A stretch of DNA of 64,000 nt from Verrucomicrobiia bacterium (GCA_041495285.1 JBGQCJ010000007.1:534-64533), one strand, 5' to 3'. Counted from the first letter of the stretch, positions 54,135 to 63,787 are shown. Translations and numbers: made by a program. The notes: generated by a model from the sequence alone, not told the origin.

Positions 54135-55924
54135 AGAAGGTTTCCATCACTCATGTCCAACACGACCCCGAGTGGGCGAGGGAACGGCCGCTGGAGTTCG
54201 GGTTGATCTGGCGGATGTTCGGCTACACGCGTCCGTATGCGCGCAAACGCAACTGGCTCTTCGCGCTGGTGATCTTGCGCTCGATTCAGTTGCCGGTGCT
54301 GGCGTGGATGATTGGCGCAATCATTAACGGGCCGATTGCCCGGCACGGCACAAGTGGAGTGGTTTGGGGTGCGGTCGGATTCTTGGCGTTCGCGTCCATC
54401 ACGCAATTCTGTTTTCACTTCCGGCAGCGGCTGGCGCTGGAACTCGGCGAGGCGGTCGTGCACGACATGCGCCGCGATATTTTCCAGCATTTGCTGCGCA
54501 TGCCGATGAGTTACTACAACCGCACCAAGATCGGCCGCATCATCAGCCGGTTCACGTCCGACGCCGAGGCCGTGCGGGCCGGCGTGCAGGACGTGTTCTT
54601 CATCACGGCGGTGCAAGGCGGGCAGATGATTGTGTCCGCGTTGCTGATGTTGTGGTACGACCGGGTGTTGTTTCTGGTCGTGCTCGCCATGGCGCCGGTC
54701 TTGGTCGCGCTGAACTACCATTTCCGGCGAACGCTCAGCCGCGCGCAGCGAGTCATCCAGGAAAGTTGGAGTCGCGTGACGGCGACGATCGCGGAATCGG
54801 TCAGCGGCATTCGCGTGACACAGGGATTTGTGCGTCAGGAAGTCAATGCCGGTCTGTTTGCCGACCTGATCGCCGACCACGCGCGCAACAACCTCGGCAG
54901 CGCGCGCGCTTCGGGCGTGTTTCTGCCGATCCTCGATTTGAACAGCCAGGTATTCACCGCGGCGTTGCTCGTGCTCGGTGGTTACCGGGTATTGCAACCC
55001 GCCATCGCCATGCCGATCGGCAATCTGATTCAGTTCTTCTTTCTCGCGAACATTTTCTTCAGCTCGATCCAACCCATCGGCCAGCAGTTTAACCAAGCGC
55101 TCACGGCGATGGCCGGTGCGGAACGAGTGTTTCGCACGCTCGACTCCAAGCCCGATTGGGAAGAACCGCCGACCGCCGTGGAGTTGCCGCGCATTCAAGG
55201 CCGCGTCGAATTCCGGGAAGTCTCATTCGGTTATGGCACGGACCGGCCGGCGTTGCGCGAGATGAGTTTCGTCGTCGAACCGGGGCAGACCGTTGCGCTC
55301 GTCGGTCACACCGGCAGCGGGAAAAGTTCCATCGTCAATCTCATTACGAAGTTTTACCTGCCGAACGAGGGCGCGGTGTTGATTGACGGTCGCGGCACGC
55401 GCTCGATCAAGGGCGATTCGCTGCACCGGCAAATGGGCATCGTGAGCCAGCAAAATTTCCTCTTCACCGGCACGGTCATGAACAACATCCGGGTTGGGCG
55501 GCCTAATGCGACGGACGAGGAAGTCACGGATGCGGTACGCAAGCTCGACTTCCTCGATATCATCGGTTCGTTGTCCGCGGGTTTCGCAACGCAAGTTGGC
55601 GAACGCGGCGCGAATCTCTCGCTTGGACAACGGCAACTCATTTGTTTCGCGCGCGCGATGATCGCTGACCCGCGAATTCTCATTCTCGACGAAGCGACGA
55701 GTTCGGTGGACTCGGTGACCGAAGCGCGCGTGCAGCGGGCACTGGTCGCGTTGGTGCGCGGGCGAACGAGTTTTGTCGTGGCGCACCGGCTCAGCACGAT
55801 TCGGCATGCCGACCTTGTGCTGGTGCTGGATCATGGCCGGATCGTCGAACGCGGCACCCATGTGCAACTGTTGCGGGCCGACGGCGTGTACGCGCAGCTT
55901 TACCGGCAGTTTGTGAGCGCGTGA
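54131..55924 (+). CDS. ABC exporter, fused permease/ATPase subunit, second of the heterodimeric pair
   Basis: Overlaps the upstream stop (ATGA). Walker A GHTGSGKSS, signature LSLGQRQLICFARA, Walker B ILILDEATSSVD, H-loop VAHR. Confidence 0.85.
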   Translation: MKKVSITHVQHDPEWARERPLEFGLIWRMFGYTRPYARKRNWLFALVILRSIQLPVLAWMIGAIINGPIARHGTSGVVWGAVGFLAFASITQFCFHFRQRLALELGEAVVHDMRRDIFQHLLRMPMSYYNRTKIGRIISRFTSDAEAVRAGVQDVFFITAVQGGQMIVSALLMLWYDRVLFLVVLAMAPVLVALNYHFRRTLSRAQRVIQESWSRVTATIAESVSGIRVTQGFVRQEVNAGLFADLIADHARNNLGSARASGVFLPILDLNSQVFTAALLVLGGYRVLQPAIAMPIGNLIQFFFLANIFFSSIQPIGQQFNQALTAMAGAERVFRTLDSKPDWEEPPTAVELPRIQGRVEFREVSFGYGTDRPALREMSFVVEPGQTVALVGHTGSGKSSIVNLITKFYLPNEGAVLIDGRGTRSIKGDSLHRQMGIVSQQNFLFTGTVMNNIRVGRPNATDEEVTDAVRKLDFLDIIGSLSAGFATQVGERGANLSLGQRQLICFARAMIADPRILILDEATSSVDSVTEARVQRALVALVRGRTSFVVAHRLSTIRHADLVLVLDHGRIVERGTHVQLLRADGVYAQLYRQFVSA

Positions 55925-56066
55925 GTGAAAGGGCGGAGGGGGCGAGATATTCACGCACAGGTGTGTCCGTTTCTGGCGGTGACGCTTGGAGCTATTGTGG
56001 CGTTTGCACTCTCCTGCATCTTTCCAGCATTGACGTATCAGGGGAAGTGGAAGTAGTCTCAAGGTC

Positions 56067-57380
56067 ATGGGGAAGTTGCCGGGGCCTTGGGTTCGCTGGA
56101 TTGTATGCATCTTGCTGGCGGTGCTGTTTCTAACGGAGACGAAAGCCGAGGAGTTTTCTACCACCAACCGAGACTGCCTCGCGCATTTCTGGGTCGCGGC
56201 TGAGGGCGGTAAGAGACCGGTCACGGTTGTCTCCTTTGGTGATTCGATGGCCGACTCCTACCAGTCGGTCACTTATTCTTTGATTAACTCTCTGGCCGGT
56301 CGTTTGGGTGTTGCCGGGTATTCTCTGAACAATTACGCCAACGCAACCGAGTATCGCCTGACCAATGGTGCACAGTACGTCGTAGGTCCAACACAATTCT
56401 GGTTCACAGACCATTATCGGCTGCCAAGCGGCGGCGGATTGTGGTGGGAAGCGCAGAATTCTCCCGGCGGCGTTTACTCGGATGCGGTGGGTGTGTTCTG
56501 GGTCTCGCAACCGCAAGGCGGCTGGTTCACGCTGTCCGTCTCGACCGCAGGTCAGGCGTGGACGCCGGTCGTAATGCTCAGCGGCAACGGGAGTACACCG
56601 GAAGGTCATTTCGCAAGAGTCTTCTTGGCGCCTGACTTCCATAGGGTCCGCGTGGATGGCGTTTCGGGTATCAACTACATCATCGGACCCCAACTGCTGT
56701 CACAGAAGACGGGCGGTGTGCACGTTGTGTTCATGGACAAGGGCGGAATTGGTCTGGACTCGGTGACAAACATCCCGATTTCCATACGCCAGCCGATTCT
56801 GGCGGCGTTGAACCCCGACCTGATCGTCTGGCACATGAAGGAAGACGGTTCTGTGGCGACCAGCAACCGGATGCTGGAATGCGAGAACTGGTGGTCCAAC
56901 GCCGCGCCGGCCTGTGATATCGCCTACATTGGCACACCCTATACGGCGTATGATACCAATACCACGACTACGATCGATCAGAACCGGCTCGTGCGGAACA
57001 TCGCTGTTACCAAACACCGGACGTATGAGGATCTGATGCAACCCAGCGTGAGTTACAATTGGCTGTATGCCCAAGGATACATGGTGGACGCAGTCCACCT
57101 CAATGTCACCGGAGGGAAGTATCTGGCTAACATCATGTGGAACGATTTGGGGTTCTTTGCCCTCAATGTTCCTCGGACATTGACCCTGAAGTTCTCGGGG
57201 CAGAAACTGACAGCCGAATACCCCACGGTCACCGGGGTTTACTACGCGCTGGAGATGTCCACAAATTGGGTTAACTGGTTGCCGATCGTCAGCGCACCGG
57301 GCAGCGGCCAGAAGTTGTCTACCAACGTCCCGGCGAGTTCTCGGAATGCTTTCTTCCGACTCAGGCTCTCACCCAACTGA
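56067..57380 (+). CDS. secreted SGNH/GDSL-family hydrolase with a C-terminal domain related to the shared CTD (437 aa)
   Basis: Signal peptide MGKLPGPWVRWIVCILLAVLFLTETKA. GDS motif block VTVVSFGDSMADSY. The C-terminal ~80 aa (TLKFSGQKLTAEYPTVTGVYYALEMSTNWVNWLPIVSAPGSGQKLSTNVPASSRNAFFRLRLSPN*) matches the family tail pattern (..IxW......G..........TN......FFRLRL). Confidence 0.75.
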   Translation: MGKLPGPWVRWIVCILLAVLFLTETKAEEFSTTNRDCLAHFWVAAEGGKRPVTVVSFGDSMADSYQSVTYSLINSLAGRLGVAGYSLNNYANATEYRLTNGAQYVVGPTQFWFTDHYRLPSGGGLWWEAQNSPGGVYSDAVGVFWVSQPQGGWFTLSVSTAGQAWTPVVMLSGNGSTPEGHFARVFLAPDFHRVRVDGVSGINYIIGPQLLSQKTGGVHVVFMDKGGIGLDSVTNIPISIRQPILAALNPDLIVWHMKEDGSVATSNRMLECENWWSNAAPACDIAYIGTPYTAYDTNTTTTIDQNRLVRNIAVTKHRTYEDLMQPSVSYNWLYAQGYMVDAVHLNVTGGKYLANIMWNDLGFFALNVPRTLTLKFSGQKLTAEYPTVTGVYYALEMSTNWVNWLPIVSAPGSGQKLSTNVPASSRNAFFRLRLSPN

Positions 57381-57495
57381 TCGGTTTCACAGCGAGGCAA
57401 GGGCAGCACGAAAGCACCGTGGCAGAGACGAAGCAAGAATCGCCTGCGGAATTCGGCGCATAGCCAGCAAGAACGGAACAAATGCATTCAGCAGA

Positions 57496-57530
57496 AAAAA
57501 CGCCTAGACCGGCAACACTACCCTAGCGGA
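57496..57530 (-). terminator. weak candidate intrinsic terminator downstream of tRNA-Ser (short CTAG-containing stem followed by UUUUUU on the minus-strand transcript)
   Basis: Minus-strand reading gives CCGCTAGGGTAGTGTTGCCGGTCTAGGCGTTTTTT. Only about 4-5 bp of stem, hence low confidence. Confidence 0.25.
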
Positions 57531-57629
57531 TGATCAGTCCAAAGTTCACCGGAGATGCAACATCGATCAATTCTACTGTCGGTCTGAGCAATAGCAGAGG
57601 CAGAATTGTGGTTTGCTGCGCAGATAGAA

Positions 57630-57721
57630 TGGCGGAGGGGGCGAGATTCGAACTCGCGAGGGCCTTTGCAGACCCCACACGCTTTCCAGGCGTGCGCATT
57701 AGACCACTCTGCCACCCCTCC
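57630..57721 (-). tRNA. tRNA-Ser (anticodon GGA), type II with long variable arm, CCA encoded
   Basis: Minus-strand read: GGAGGGGTGGCAGAGTGGTCTAATGCGCACGCCTGGAAAGCGTGTGGGGTCTGCAAAGGCCCTCGCGAGTTCGAATCTCGCCCCCTCCGCCA. The acceptor stem GGAGGGG/CCCCTCC is 7 bp. The anticodon stem CACGC/GCGTG is perfect, with loop CTGGAAA (anticodon GGA). The T-arm is GCGAG-TTCGAAT-CTCGC. Confidence 0.85.
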
Positions 57722-57753
57722 GAGCGGAAAGCGCGATTACTTTAACGCGCTCG

Positions 57754-57939
57754 CTATTCCTGCGCAAGCCCGCCTTCGGTCAATTGCCGCAGCAGCCATT
57801 CTTCCTCCAACGGGTTCAGATCAAATTGGAGTGCGGTTTGCTCGACAGCCCGCACCTTCTCCATGCCGGGATGCTCTTTCAAGAGTGTGTTGACCCAGTC
57901 CAATGCTTTCGCGCGTTTCTCAGCGTCCGCCTTGCTCAT
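57754..57939 (-). CDS. small hypothetical protein (61 aa)
   Basis: Start at ATG 57939, preceded by GAGGTG. Its first codons overlap the stop of the Sua5 gene (ATGA), suggesting coupling. MSKADAEKRAKALDWVNTLLKEHPGMEKVRAVEQTALQFDLNPLEEEWLLRQL. No family assignment. Confidence 0.45.
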   Translation of the reverse strand: MSKADAEKRAKALDWVNTLLKEHPGMEKVRAVEQTALQFDLNPLEEEWLLRQLTEGGLAQE

Positions 57940-58916
57940 GGTTTCACCTCGATGCCGGCCGCGCGCATCAACCGATCGCGCACGGCGAGGCCGATGCCGC
58001 GTGCCGGCGGTAGCGCGCAAAGGATTACGTCCACGGCTTGTGCGTCCAACTCGCGCAACCGTGCGAAGAGTGTGCGCGCCATGGCATCGAGGTCTTCCTC
58101 ACATCGAACGATACCGATTCGTCGTCCCTGAGCTTCCAACTCCCGACCACGCGCGCTCAAAGCATCCGCGTCTTCAAACAGCTCGACGCGCGCGCGTGGC
58201 GCGTAGTGTTTGATTGTCATACCGGGGCTGGCGAGACCTTTCTTCGCGAGCTCTTCGGTGACGTTTTGTCCGATCACCACATCTCCCAACGCTGCCTTCA
58301 ACTGTTCGTGGCTGACGCCGCCGGGGCGCAAGATGGCTGGCGGCGATTGCGTCAAATCGAGTACCGTGGATTCGACGCCGAGCGGTGTCGGCCCGGCATC
58401 CAGAATCAAATCAACCCGGTCGCCCAAATCGGCGAGGACATGTTCCGCGCGGGTTGGGCTGGGACGGCCGAACTTGTTGGCGCTCGGTGCCGCGATGGGA
58501 AGTTTTGCGGCGGCAAGCAGCGCGGCAGCGACCGGATGCCACGGCATGCGCAACGCGATGGTCGGTCGGCACGCAGTTACTTCGTCGGGAACACACAGCG
58601 CTTTCTCGACGACGAGCGTGAGCGGTCCCGGCCAGAACTTGCTCGCCAACAATTCAAACGTCGGCGCCAGCCGCTTCATCAACGGACGCGCCATCCCCAT
58701 GTCGCGTACGTGAACGATCAGCGGATCCCAATCGGGCCGGTCCTTCGCGGCGAAAATCTTCTGCACGGCGGTCTTGTCCAGAGCGTGCGCGCCGAGTCCG
58801 TACACCGTTTCCGTCGGGAACGCGACGAGTCCGCCGGTCTGTAGAATCTTCGCCGCGCGTTGGATCGCGGCGCGATCCGGGAAGCGCGCATCCACGGTGA
58901 CGACGTTGCGTTTCAT
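57936..58916 (-). CDS. L-threonylcarbamoyladenylate synthase, Sua5/YwlC type (TsaC domain plus Sua5 C-terminal domain)
   Basis: Start at ATG 58916 (MKRNVVTVDAR...). TsaC/YrdC motifs are present: GGLVAFPTETVYGLGAHALD, KIFAAKDRPDWDPLIVHV, SANKFGRPSPT. A C-terminal Sua5 domain follows. Confidence 0.85.
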   Translation of the reverse strand: MKRNVVTVDARFPDRAAIQRAAKILQTGGLVAFPTETVYGLGAHALDKTAVQKIFAAKDRPDWDPLIVHVRDMGMARPLMKRLAPTFELLASKFWPGPLTLVVEKALCVPDEVTACRPTIALRMPWHPVAAALLAAAKLPIAAPSANKFGRPSPTRAEHVLADLGDRVDLILDAGPTPLGVESTVLDLTQSPPAILRPGGVSHEQLKAALGDVVIGQNVTEELAKKGLASPGMTIKHYAPRARVELFEDADALSARGRELEAQGRRIGIVRCEEDLDAMARTLFARLRELDAQAVDVILCALPPARGIGLAVRDRLMRAAGIEVKP

Positions 58917-58958
58917 CGTTGGCAAGATAAGCGTGTGTGCTACGATGGGCGAGTCTAA

Positions 58959-59795
58959 ATGAAGAACACGGCGATTTTGTTGATTGATTGTCCGGACCGC
59001 AAAGGGATCGTTGCGGCGGTGGCGGATTTTCTGTACGGACACGACGCGAATATTGTACATGCCGACCAGCATCAGGATGCGGAGAAGAAGCTGTTTCTGA
59101 TGCGGGTGGAATGGGAGTTGGCGGATTTCAGATTGCAGATCTCGGATTTCAAACCGACATTCGCGCCGGTCGCCGAGAAATTTCAGATGCGGTGGCGCTT
59201 GGAGTTGTCGGCGGCGCGGCCGCGGATGGCGATCATGGTCTCGTCGCATCTGCACTGTCTGGCGGACTTGCTCTACCGGCACGAGAGCGGTGAGTTGGCC
59301 TGTGAGATACCGGTGATCATCAGTAATCATGACGACGCGCGCCGGCTGGCGGAGTTTCACCGGATCCCGTTCGAGTGCTTCCCCGGCAAGGTCGAGAAAC
59401 GGCAACTGGCAGTGCTGGAACGGCACAATGTGGATTTTATCGCGCTGGCGCGTTACATGCAGATTTTATCCGGTGACTTCGTGAACCGGCATCCCCAGCG
59501 CATCATCAATGTGCATCACTCCTTCCTGCCGGCGTTTCCCGGGGCCCGGCCTTATCACCGGGCGTTCGAGCGTGGGGTGAAGTTGATTGGGGCGACGAGT
59601 CATTACGTGACGGAGGCGTTGGACGAGGGACCGATTATCGAGCAGGATGTGGTGCGCATCTCGCACCGGGATCAACTGGAGGATTTGATGCAGAAGGGGC
59701 GCGACTTGGAGAAGGCGGTGTTGTCGCGGGCAGTGCGGTGGCATATTGACCACCGGATTTTGGTGTACGCAGGAAAGACCGTGGTGTTCGACTGA
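58959..59795 (+). CDS. purU: formyltetrahydrofolate deformylase
   Basis: N-terminal ACT domain (AILLIDCPDRKGIVAAVADFL) plus a formyltransferase domain with the PurU pattern (IISNHDDARRLAEFHRIPF, INVHHSFLPAFPGARPYHRAFERGVKLIGATSHYVTEALDEGPII). Confidence 0.85.
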   Translation: MKNTAILLIDCPDRKGIVAAVADFLYGHDANIVHADQHQDAEKKLFLMRVEWELADFRLQISDFKPTFAPVAEKFQMRWRLELSAARPRMAIMVSSHLHCLADLLYRHESGELACEIPVIISNHDDARRLAEFHRIPFECFPGKVEKRQLAVLERHNVDFIALARYMQILSGDFVNRHPQRIINVHHSFLPAFPGARPYHRAFERGVKLIGATSHYVTEALDEGPIIEQDVVRISHRDQLEDLMQKGRDLEKAVLSRAVRWHIDHRILVYAGKTVVFD

Positions 59796-59954
59796 GCCTG
59801 GTGGTGACAAGATAGATGAGTGGCCGGGCGTTTCCGAAACGCGCGCGGCGGCGACCGTCGAAGGCCGAGCAAGCCCCGAAGAAACTCACCATCCCCACGC
59901 CCACGCTGGGCAAGTTGGATGCCGTGGACGCACTGGGGCGACAAGCTAATCCCC

Positions 59955-60257
59955 ATGGCCGGTCGGGTCGTAACGGTGCAGGGTGTGGTGATTCGGACTC
60001 ACCACGATGAGAAAGGCGGCACGCGATTTTTCAATTTTGACAAGAATCGGGACAGGTTCAGTTTCGTGATGTTCGAGTCCGCCACGAAACTGTTTCAGGC
60101 GCAGGGCGAGTCGACGGAGGACTACCTGCAGAAAAAGATTCAAGTCACGGGCGTTTTGACGATTCACAAGGGCCGGCCAAGTATGGTGGTCAACAAGCCC
60201 GAGCAGATTGTGCTGGTGCGGCGAATCTCGTGTCAACACTGGCATCGGGCGTGCTAA
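59955..60257 (+). CDS. hypothetical small protein (100 aa), weak call
   Basis: Internal Met (MAGRVVTVQGVVIRTHHDEKGGTRFFNFDKNRDRFSFVMF...) of ORF 59820..60257. No RBS was evaluated and there is no family. The alternative frame 59816..60010 is Arg/Pro-rich noise. Confidence 0.3.
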   Translation: MAGRVVTVQGVVIRTHHDEKGGTRFFNFDKNRDRFSFVMFESATKLFQAQGESTEDYLQKKIQVTGVLTIHKGRPSMVVNKPEQIVLVRRISCQHWHRAC

Positions 60258-60273
60258 TGAAAATGGATGGCCC

Positions 60274-60717
60274 ATGAAACGACGAGCCCACGCCCACAAG
60301 CCCAAGACCGTGTTGATTGCGGAAGACGACGAGGCGATGGGCCATCTGGTTGCCGAAGCGCTGCAAGAAGCGGGATTTCATCCGCACTGGGTCAGTGACG
60401 GAATTGAAGCGCTGAACTTCATCCTGCAATCAAAGCCCGACATTGTCGTCCTCGATCTGAATCTCCCGCGACTTCCCGGCTACGAGATCTGTTCGATGCT
60501 CCGCAAAGCCGTTCCCGTCCGCCACACGCCGGTCATCGTTATGTCCGGGCTCAGCCATTGGGACAACAAACTTCAGGCCTTCGAACTCGGCGCGGACGAT
60601 TACGTGACCAAACCGTTCCACATGGACGAATTGGTGGCGCGCGTCGAAGCCGTGCTGCGTCGCACCCGTTTCAGTCATCAGCCGACACCTTTCCTCTCGC
60701 ACGGCCTCGCCGCGTAG
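60274..60717 (+). CDS. single-domain response regulator (CheY-like receiver only)
   Basis: Start at MKRRAHAHKPKTVLIAEDDEAMGHLV. The phospho-acceptor context IVVLDLNLPRLPGYE, PVIVMSG and the K in VTKPF are readable. Confidence 0.75.
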   Translation: MKRRAHAHKPKTVLIAEDDEAMGHLVAEALQEAGFHPHWVSDGIEALNFILQSKPDIVVLDLNLPRLPGYEICSMLRKAVPVRHTPVIVMSGLSHWDNKLQAFELGADDYVTKPFHMDELVARVEAVLRRTRFSHQPTPFLSHGLAA

Positions 60718-60728
60718 CCGGTGAAACC

Positions 60729-60805
60729 TGGTACGCCCGGAGGGATTTGAACCCCCAACCCTCGGTTCCGAAGACCGGCGCTCTGTCCAGTTGAGCTACG
60801 GGCGC
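60729..60805 (-). tRNA. tRNA-Arg (anticodon TCG), CCA encoded
   Basis: Minus-strand read: GCGCCCGTAGCTCAACTGGACAGAGCGCCGGTCTTCGGAACCGAGGGTTGGGGGTTCAAATCCCTCCGGGCGTACCA. Acceptor stem GCGCCCG/CGGGCGT (G1-U72). D-arm GCTC...GAGC. Anticodon loop CTTCGGA (anticodon UCG). T-arm GGGGG-TTCAAAT-CCCTC. Confidence 0.8.
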
Positions 60806-61770
60806 ACAAGCTTTGTAAATACTGACATTACTGACGTATTATCATCCTGCCAATTCCACTTGAAGCAAACATTTTGCAAACATGAACAAAAGGTTACCCC
60901 CCAAAATAACGACGGGTATCGCAAAATACTTTCCTTCTGTCCCTTCACGGACAGCCACACTATCAAACGCTCAAACTTTGTTCAATGTTGCGAACTTAAA
61001 AACCGACCTGAGCGCTTCCCCGATTTTTCCGAGTCTCCTCAGTAAATTCTGCAATTCCTTACAGAATAAGGCTCACAAGGCAACCGGCCACTCGGCAACA
61101 ACGGGCAACGACAGACATCTTAATTGCCAATTTTTGCCAAGTGGAATCCGCAGTTAATCTACTGTTTGCAAAGTGTAAGGGTCAAAGTTTGCCGCGCTCG
61201 CGCCAGGTTCTCCCAAACAGCTGACGCAAATACATGCTCTACGTCATCGAACATCGTGGTGGCGGTAGGATTGACTTTTCACCCGGAATTGACACCGTGA
61301 GTCGCGACGGAAACAACTCCTGAATCTGCGAACGACCCCAACATGGCGGACCACCGAGGAAACAGCCGTCGCGAGGCGCGAGCCATATGACACGGGCCGC
61401 TCAACTTTTTCTGTGGCAAAATCGGGTTTGACGGGGCCACACGCGTTGGTTTGATGTGTGAGTGTTGCAGGTTCGAACCCGACCGTGGGCTCCACTACAC
61501 CTTCACAATCCAGCCATTACACCCTTACTACACCGTCAAAACTCCCTTGACAAGCGATTGGTCGAGTTCTGATTTCTTTATTGGTTCGGTAGTGTCTGAT
61601 GCCGCAGGATGGCGAGACCCTAATACTACGTCTCAGATCTAACGAACTGCCTCTTGACACCGCGCCTTGCTCGACAGCCTCTCTAGCAGTCAACCTACAG
61701 ACTGCAGTCTTGCATAACTGGGCAGTTTCGCCGAGTCTTGTTTAAGACAACAAGGAATTGTGTGGTTCAC

Positions 61771-63021
61771 ATGAAGGAGTTCCTCAAAAAGCCTGCAGGA
61801 CGGTTAGGTTGCGCAGGTTTGATATGTGTATTTGTGTGCAGTGGTTGTGGCGAACCGTCAACGAATACTCCTTCGACGGATTCCGCAAGCAAATCTCCGC
61901 CGCACACTGTTGCCGCGAATCTTCCGCACGTATCCGAGCAGCCGGGCTTCAACCGGCACAAGACCAATTCACCTCTTCGCGAAGTCTCGCTGTGGGAAAC
62001 GAATTCAGCGGTCCCATCCAAACCCAGTCCACGGACCGCTCCTCCAGCCGGTACATCAGCCTCCATGTCCATGACGCCCGGGTCCTCAAGCGTCGCGCAG
62101 GGGTTGCTGACTCGATTGGCCCATCTCAAATTCAGCGGCGGCAACATCTCTGCGGACCAAGCCAACGAGGTGAACCAGTTGTTGCAGCAATTGAGAGAAC
62201 AGGGCGCGGTGGCCATCCCCGCCATTCGGGAGTACCTGCAACAGAACCAGGATTTCAGTTTCGACGACTTCGCGGGTGGCAACCTCGTGAATTACGGAAC
62301 GCTGCGGGTCGGTTTGATCGACGCGCTGCAACAGATTGGCGGCGCCGATGCGATCCAGTTGTCCTTGGCCACGCTCCAACAGACCGCCGATCCTCTGGAG
62401 ATTGTCTTGTTGAGTTCCTACCTTGAAAGTCAACAACCGGGACAGTTTCGTCAATTCGAATTGGCGGCAGCGCAAGAGGTGCTGATCCAGGCGGCGAACG
62501 GTCCAGTGCCGGGTCGCGACATGAGCCCGCTGTTTGAATTGCTCCAAGCGTACGGCAGTACCAATATTGTTCCCGACTTGGAGAGGGCGGTCTCGCGATG
62601 GAATTACTATGCGACACTGGCGCTGGCCGGACTTCCCGATGGTGCCGGCATCCCAACACTGATCAAGCTCGCCCAAGACCCATCCGTCAGCTCTCTGGGA
62701 AACGGCGACTTTGCATTGCGACCGCTTGCGCAAGCCGCTCTGCAGTACCCCGCTGCGGCGGCCGCCTTGGTCGACGACGCCCGGCAGAACCGAGTCCCGG
62801 ATACGGCTTGGTCCACAATAGCCGCGGCGTTGTCCGGCAGCTACATCCAATACGGCAACCAGATCTTCGGCACCACCGCGCCCGCACAGAATTGGTCGCC
62901 AGACCAAATCAGCCAACGAATTGCGCTGATTAACCAAATGTTGGCGGTCACCACGAGTCCCACCGGCCGACAGGCGCTGCAAAACGCCCTGACATCAGTC
63001 ACCAGCCGGCTCCCAAAATAG
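61771..63021 (+). CDS. lipoprotein with HEAT/ARM-like helical repeats, hypothetical
   Basis: Start at MKEFLKKPAGRLGCAGLICVFVCSGC (lipobox). A low-complexity Ser/Pro linker is followed by helical repeat-like segments (LLQQLREQGAVAIPAIREYL, LAGLPDGAGIPTLIKLAQDP). Confidence 0.5.
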   Translation: MKEFLKKPAGRLGCAGLICVFVCSGCGEPSTNTPSTDSASKSPPHTVAANLPHVSEQPGFNRHKTNSPLREVSLWETNSAVPSKPSPRTAPPAGTSASMSMTPGSSSVAQGLLTRLAHLKFSGGNISADQANEVNQLLQQLREQGAVAIPAIREYLQQNQDFSFDDFAGGNLVNYGTLRVGLIDALQQIGGADAIQLSLATLQQTADPLEIVLLSSYLESQQPGQFRQFELAAAQEVLIQAANGPVPGRDMSPLFELLQAYGSTNIVPDLERAVSRWNYYATLALAGLPDGAGIPTLIKLAQDPSVSSLGNGDFALRPLAQAALQYPAAAAALVDDARQNRVPDTAWSTIAAALSGSYIQYGNQIFGTTAPAQNWSPDQISQRIALINQMLAVTTSPTGRQALQNALTSVTSRLPK

Positions 63022-63026
63022 ACGGG

Positions 63027-63317
63027 TTACGGTTCGTTCCAGCCCATCAACTGTGCGATCGTGGCCGCTACGGCGGGATCGTCGGGAAAGATGACTGGCA
63101 ATTCCTTCACGCGAACCGACTTCTCCCCCACCCGCCGCACCACAGCCTTTACCGGACAACCACACGCACTATAAAGGAACGTCGCTTCGCGCTCGGCGAC
63201 ATCCGGCCAGAAGTCTTGCACAGGTAATGCCAAATCCCGAACGACAGCATCCAGAATTAAACCCGATGTTTCGGAGCCATCCAGCAGGTAGGGTTTGCCG
63301 TGACCGTCATCGAGCAT
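63027..63317 (-). CDS. hypothetical protein (96 aa), weak call
   Basis: ORF MLDDGHGKPYLLDGSETSGLILDAVVRDLALPVQDFWPDVAEREATFLYSACGCPVKAVVRRV.... An in-frame stop lies immediately upstream. No family. Possibly a fragment. Confidence 0.3.
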   Translation of the reverse strand: MLDDGHGKPYLLDGSETSGLILDAVVRDLALPVQDFWPDVAEREATFLYSACGCPVKAVVRRVGEKSVRVKELPVIFPDDPAVAATIAQLMGWNEP

Positions 63318-63728
63318 GATGAGCAGGTTCTTACCGGCAAAGCTGGAACTCGGTGGATGAGTTACCGGTATGATTTAGGATCTCCACAGTATCTCGCCGG
63401 TGCGGCGAAACCCCAGTTGGCCAACGCCCGGCTTCTCCGTGCTGACGTGCATGGAGATGTGCAGCTTGCCATCGGCAGTTGGCTCATCGTACGCATCGAG
63501 GATCGCAAAAGTGCGTCCGCGACCGTCGTCGGGTGTGGAACGCCGCTCAATCTAACCGAGTGCCTCGGTGATTGTGGGCGGCTTCTGGTCTAAGTCGAGT
63601 TTGGCCGTGACGATCACCGCCTGAGCGACTTCCATCGTGGGCAGATTCGTTTCTTGGGCGGAGGCCTTTCCAACCAAGAGACAAACCAAGATCACTCGAA
63701 ACATACCGGTGTCCTTAACACAGTCGGC

Positions 63729-63766
63729 AAAAAAGTGAGACGGTCGAAGCGATCCGGCCGTCTCAC
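63729..63766 (-). terminator. rho-independent terminator for the minus-strand CTD gene that enters the window at 64000
   Basis: A 9-bp perfect stem GTGAGACGG / CCGTCTCAC (63735-63743 and 63758-63766) with a 14-nt loop. On the minus strand it is followed by TTTTTT (A-run 63729-63734). It lies 22 nt downstream of the stop at 63788. Confidence 0.65.
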
Positions 63767-63787
63767 TTGCGTTACGAGCGAATGCTC

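Noticed and set aside
3200-57380. Reading the shared C-terminal tail as a T9SS C-terminal domain or as a PEP-CTERM/LPXTG-type signal
   Set aside because: There is no TM helix plus basic tail, as exosortase, sortase and rhombosortase signals require. There is no PNP-type motif or Lys-rich terminus as in T9SS type-A CTDs. The genome also appears non-Bacteroidetes. Similarity is limited to being an ~85-aa beta-rich C-terminal module.
61440-61500. Possible third tRNA gene at GGTTCGAACC...GGGCTCCA
   Set aside because: A T-stem of at most 3/5 pairs can be formed and no acceptor-stem complement lies upstream. It cannot be folded into a cloverleaf on either strand, so it is kept only as a tRNA-like fragment note.
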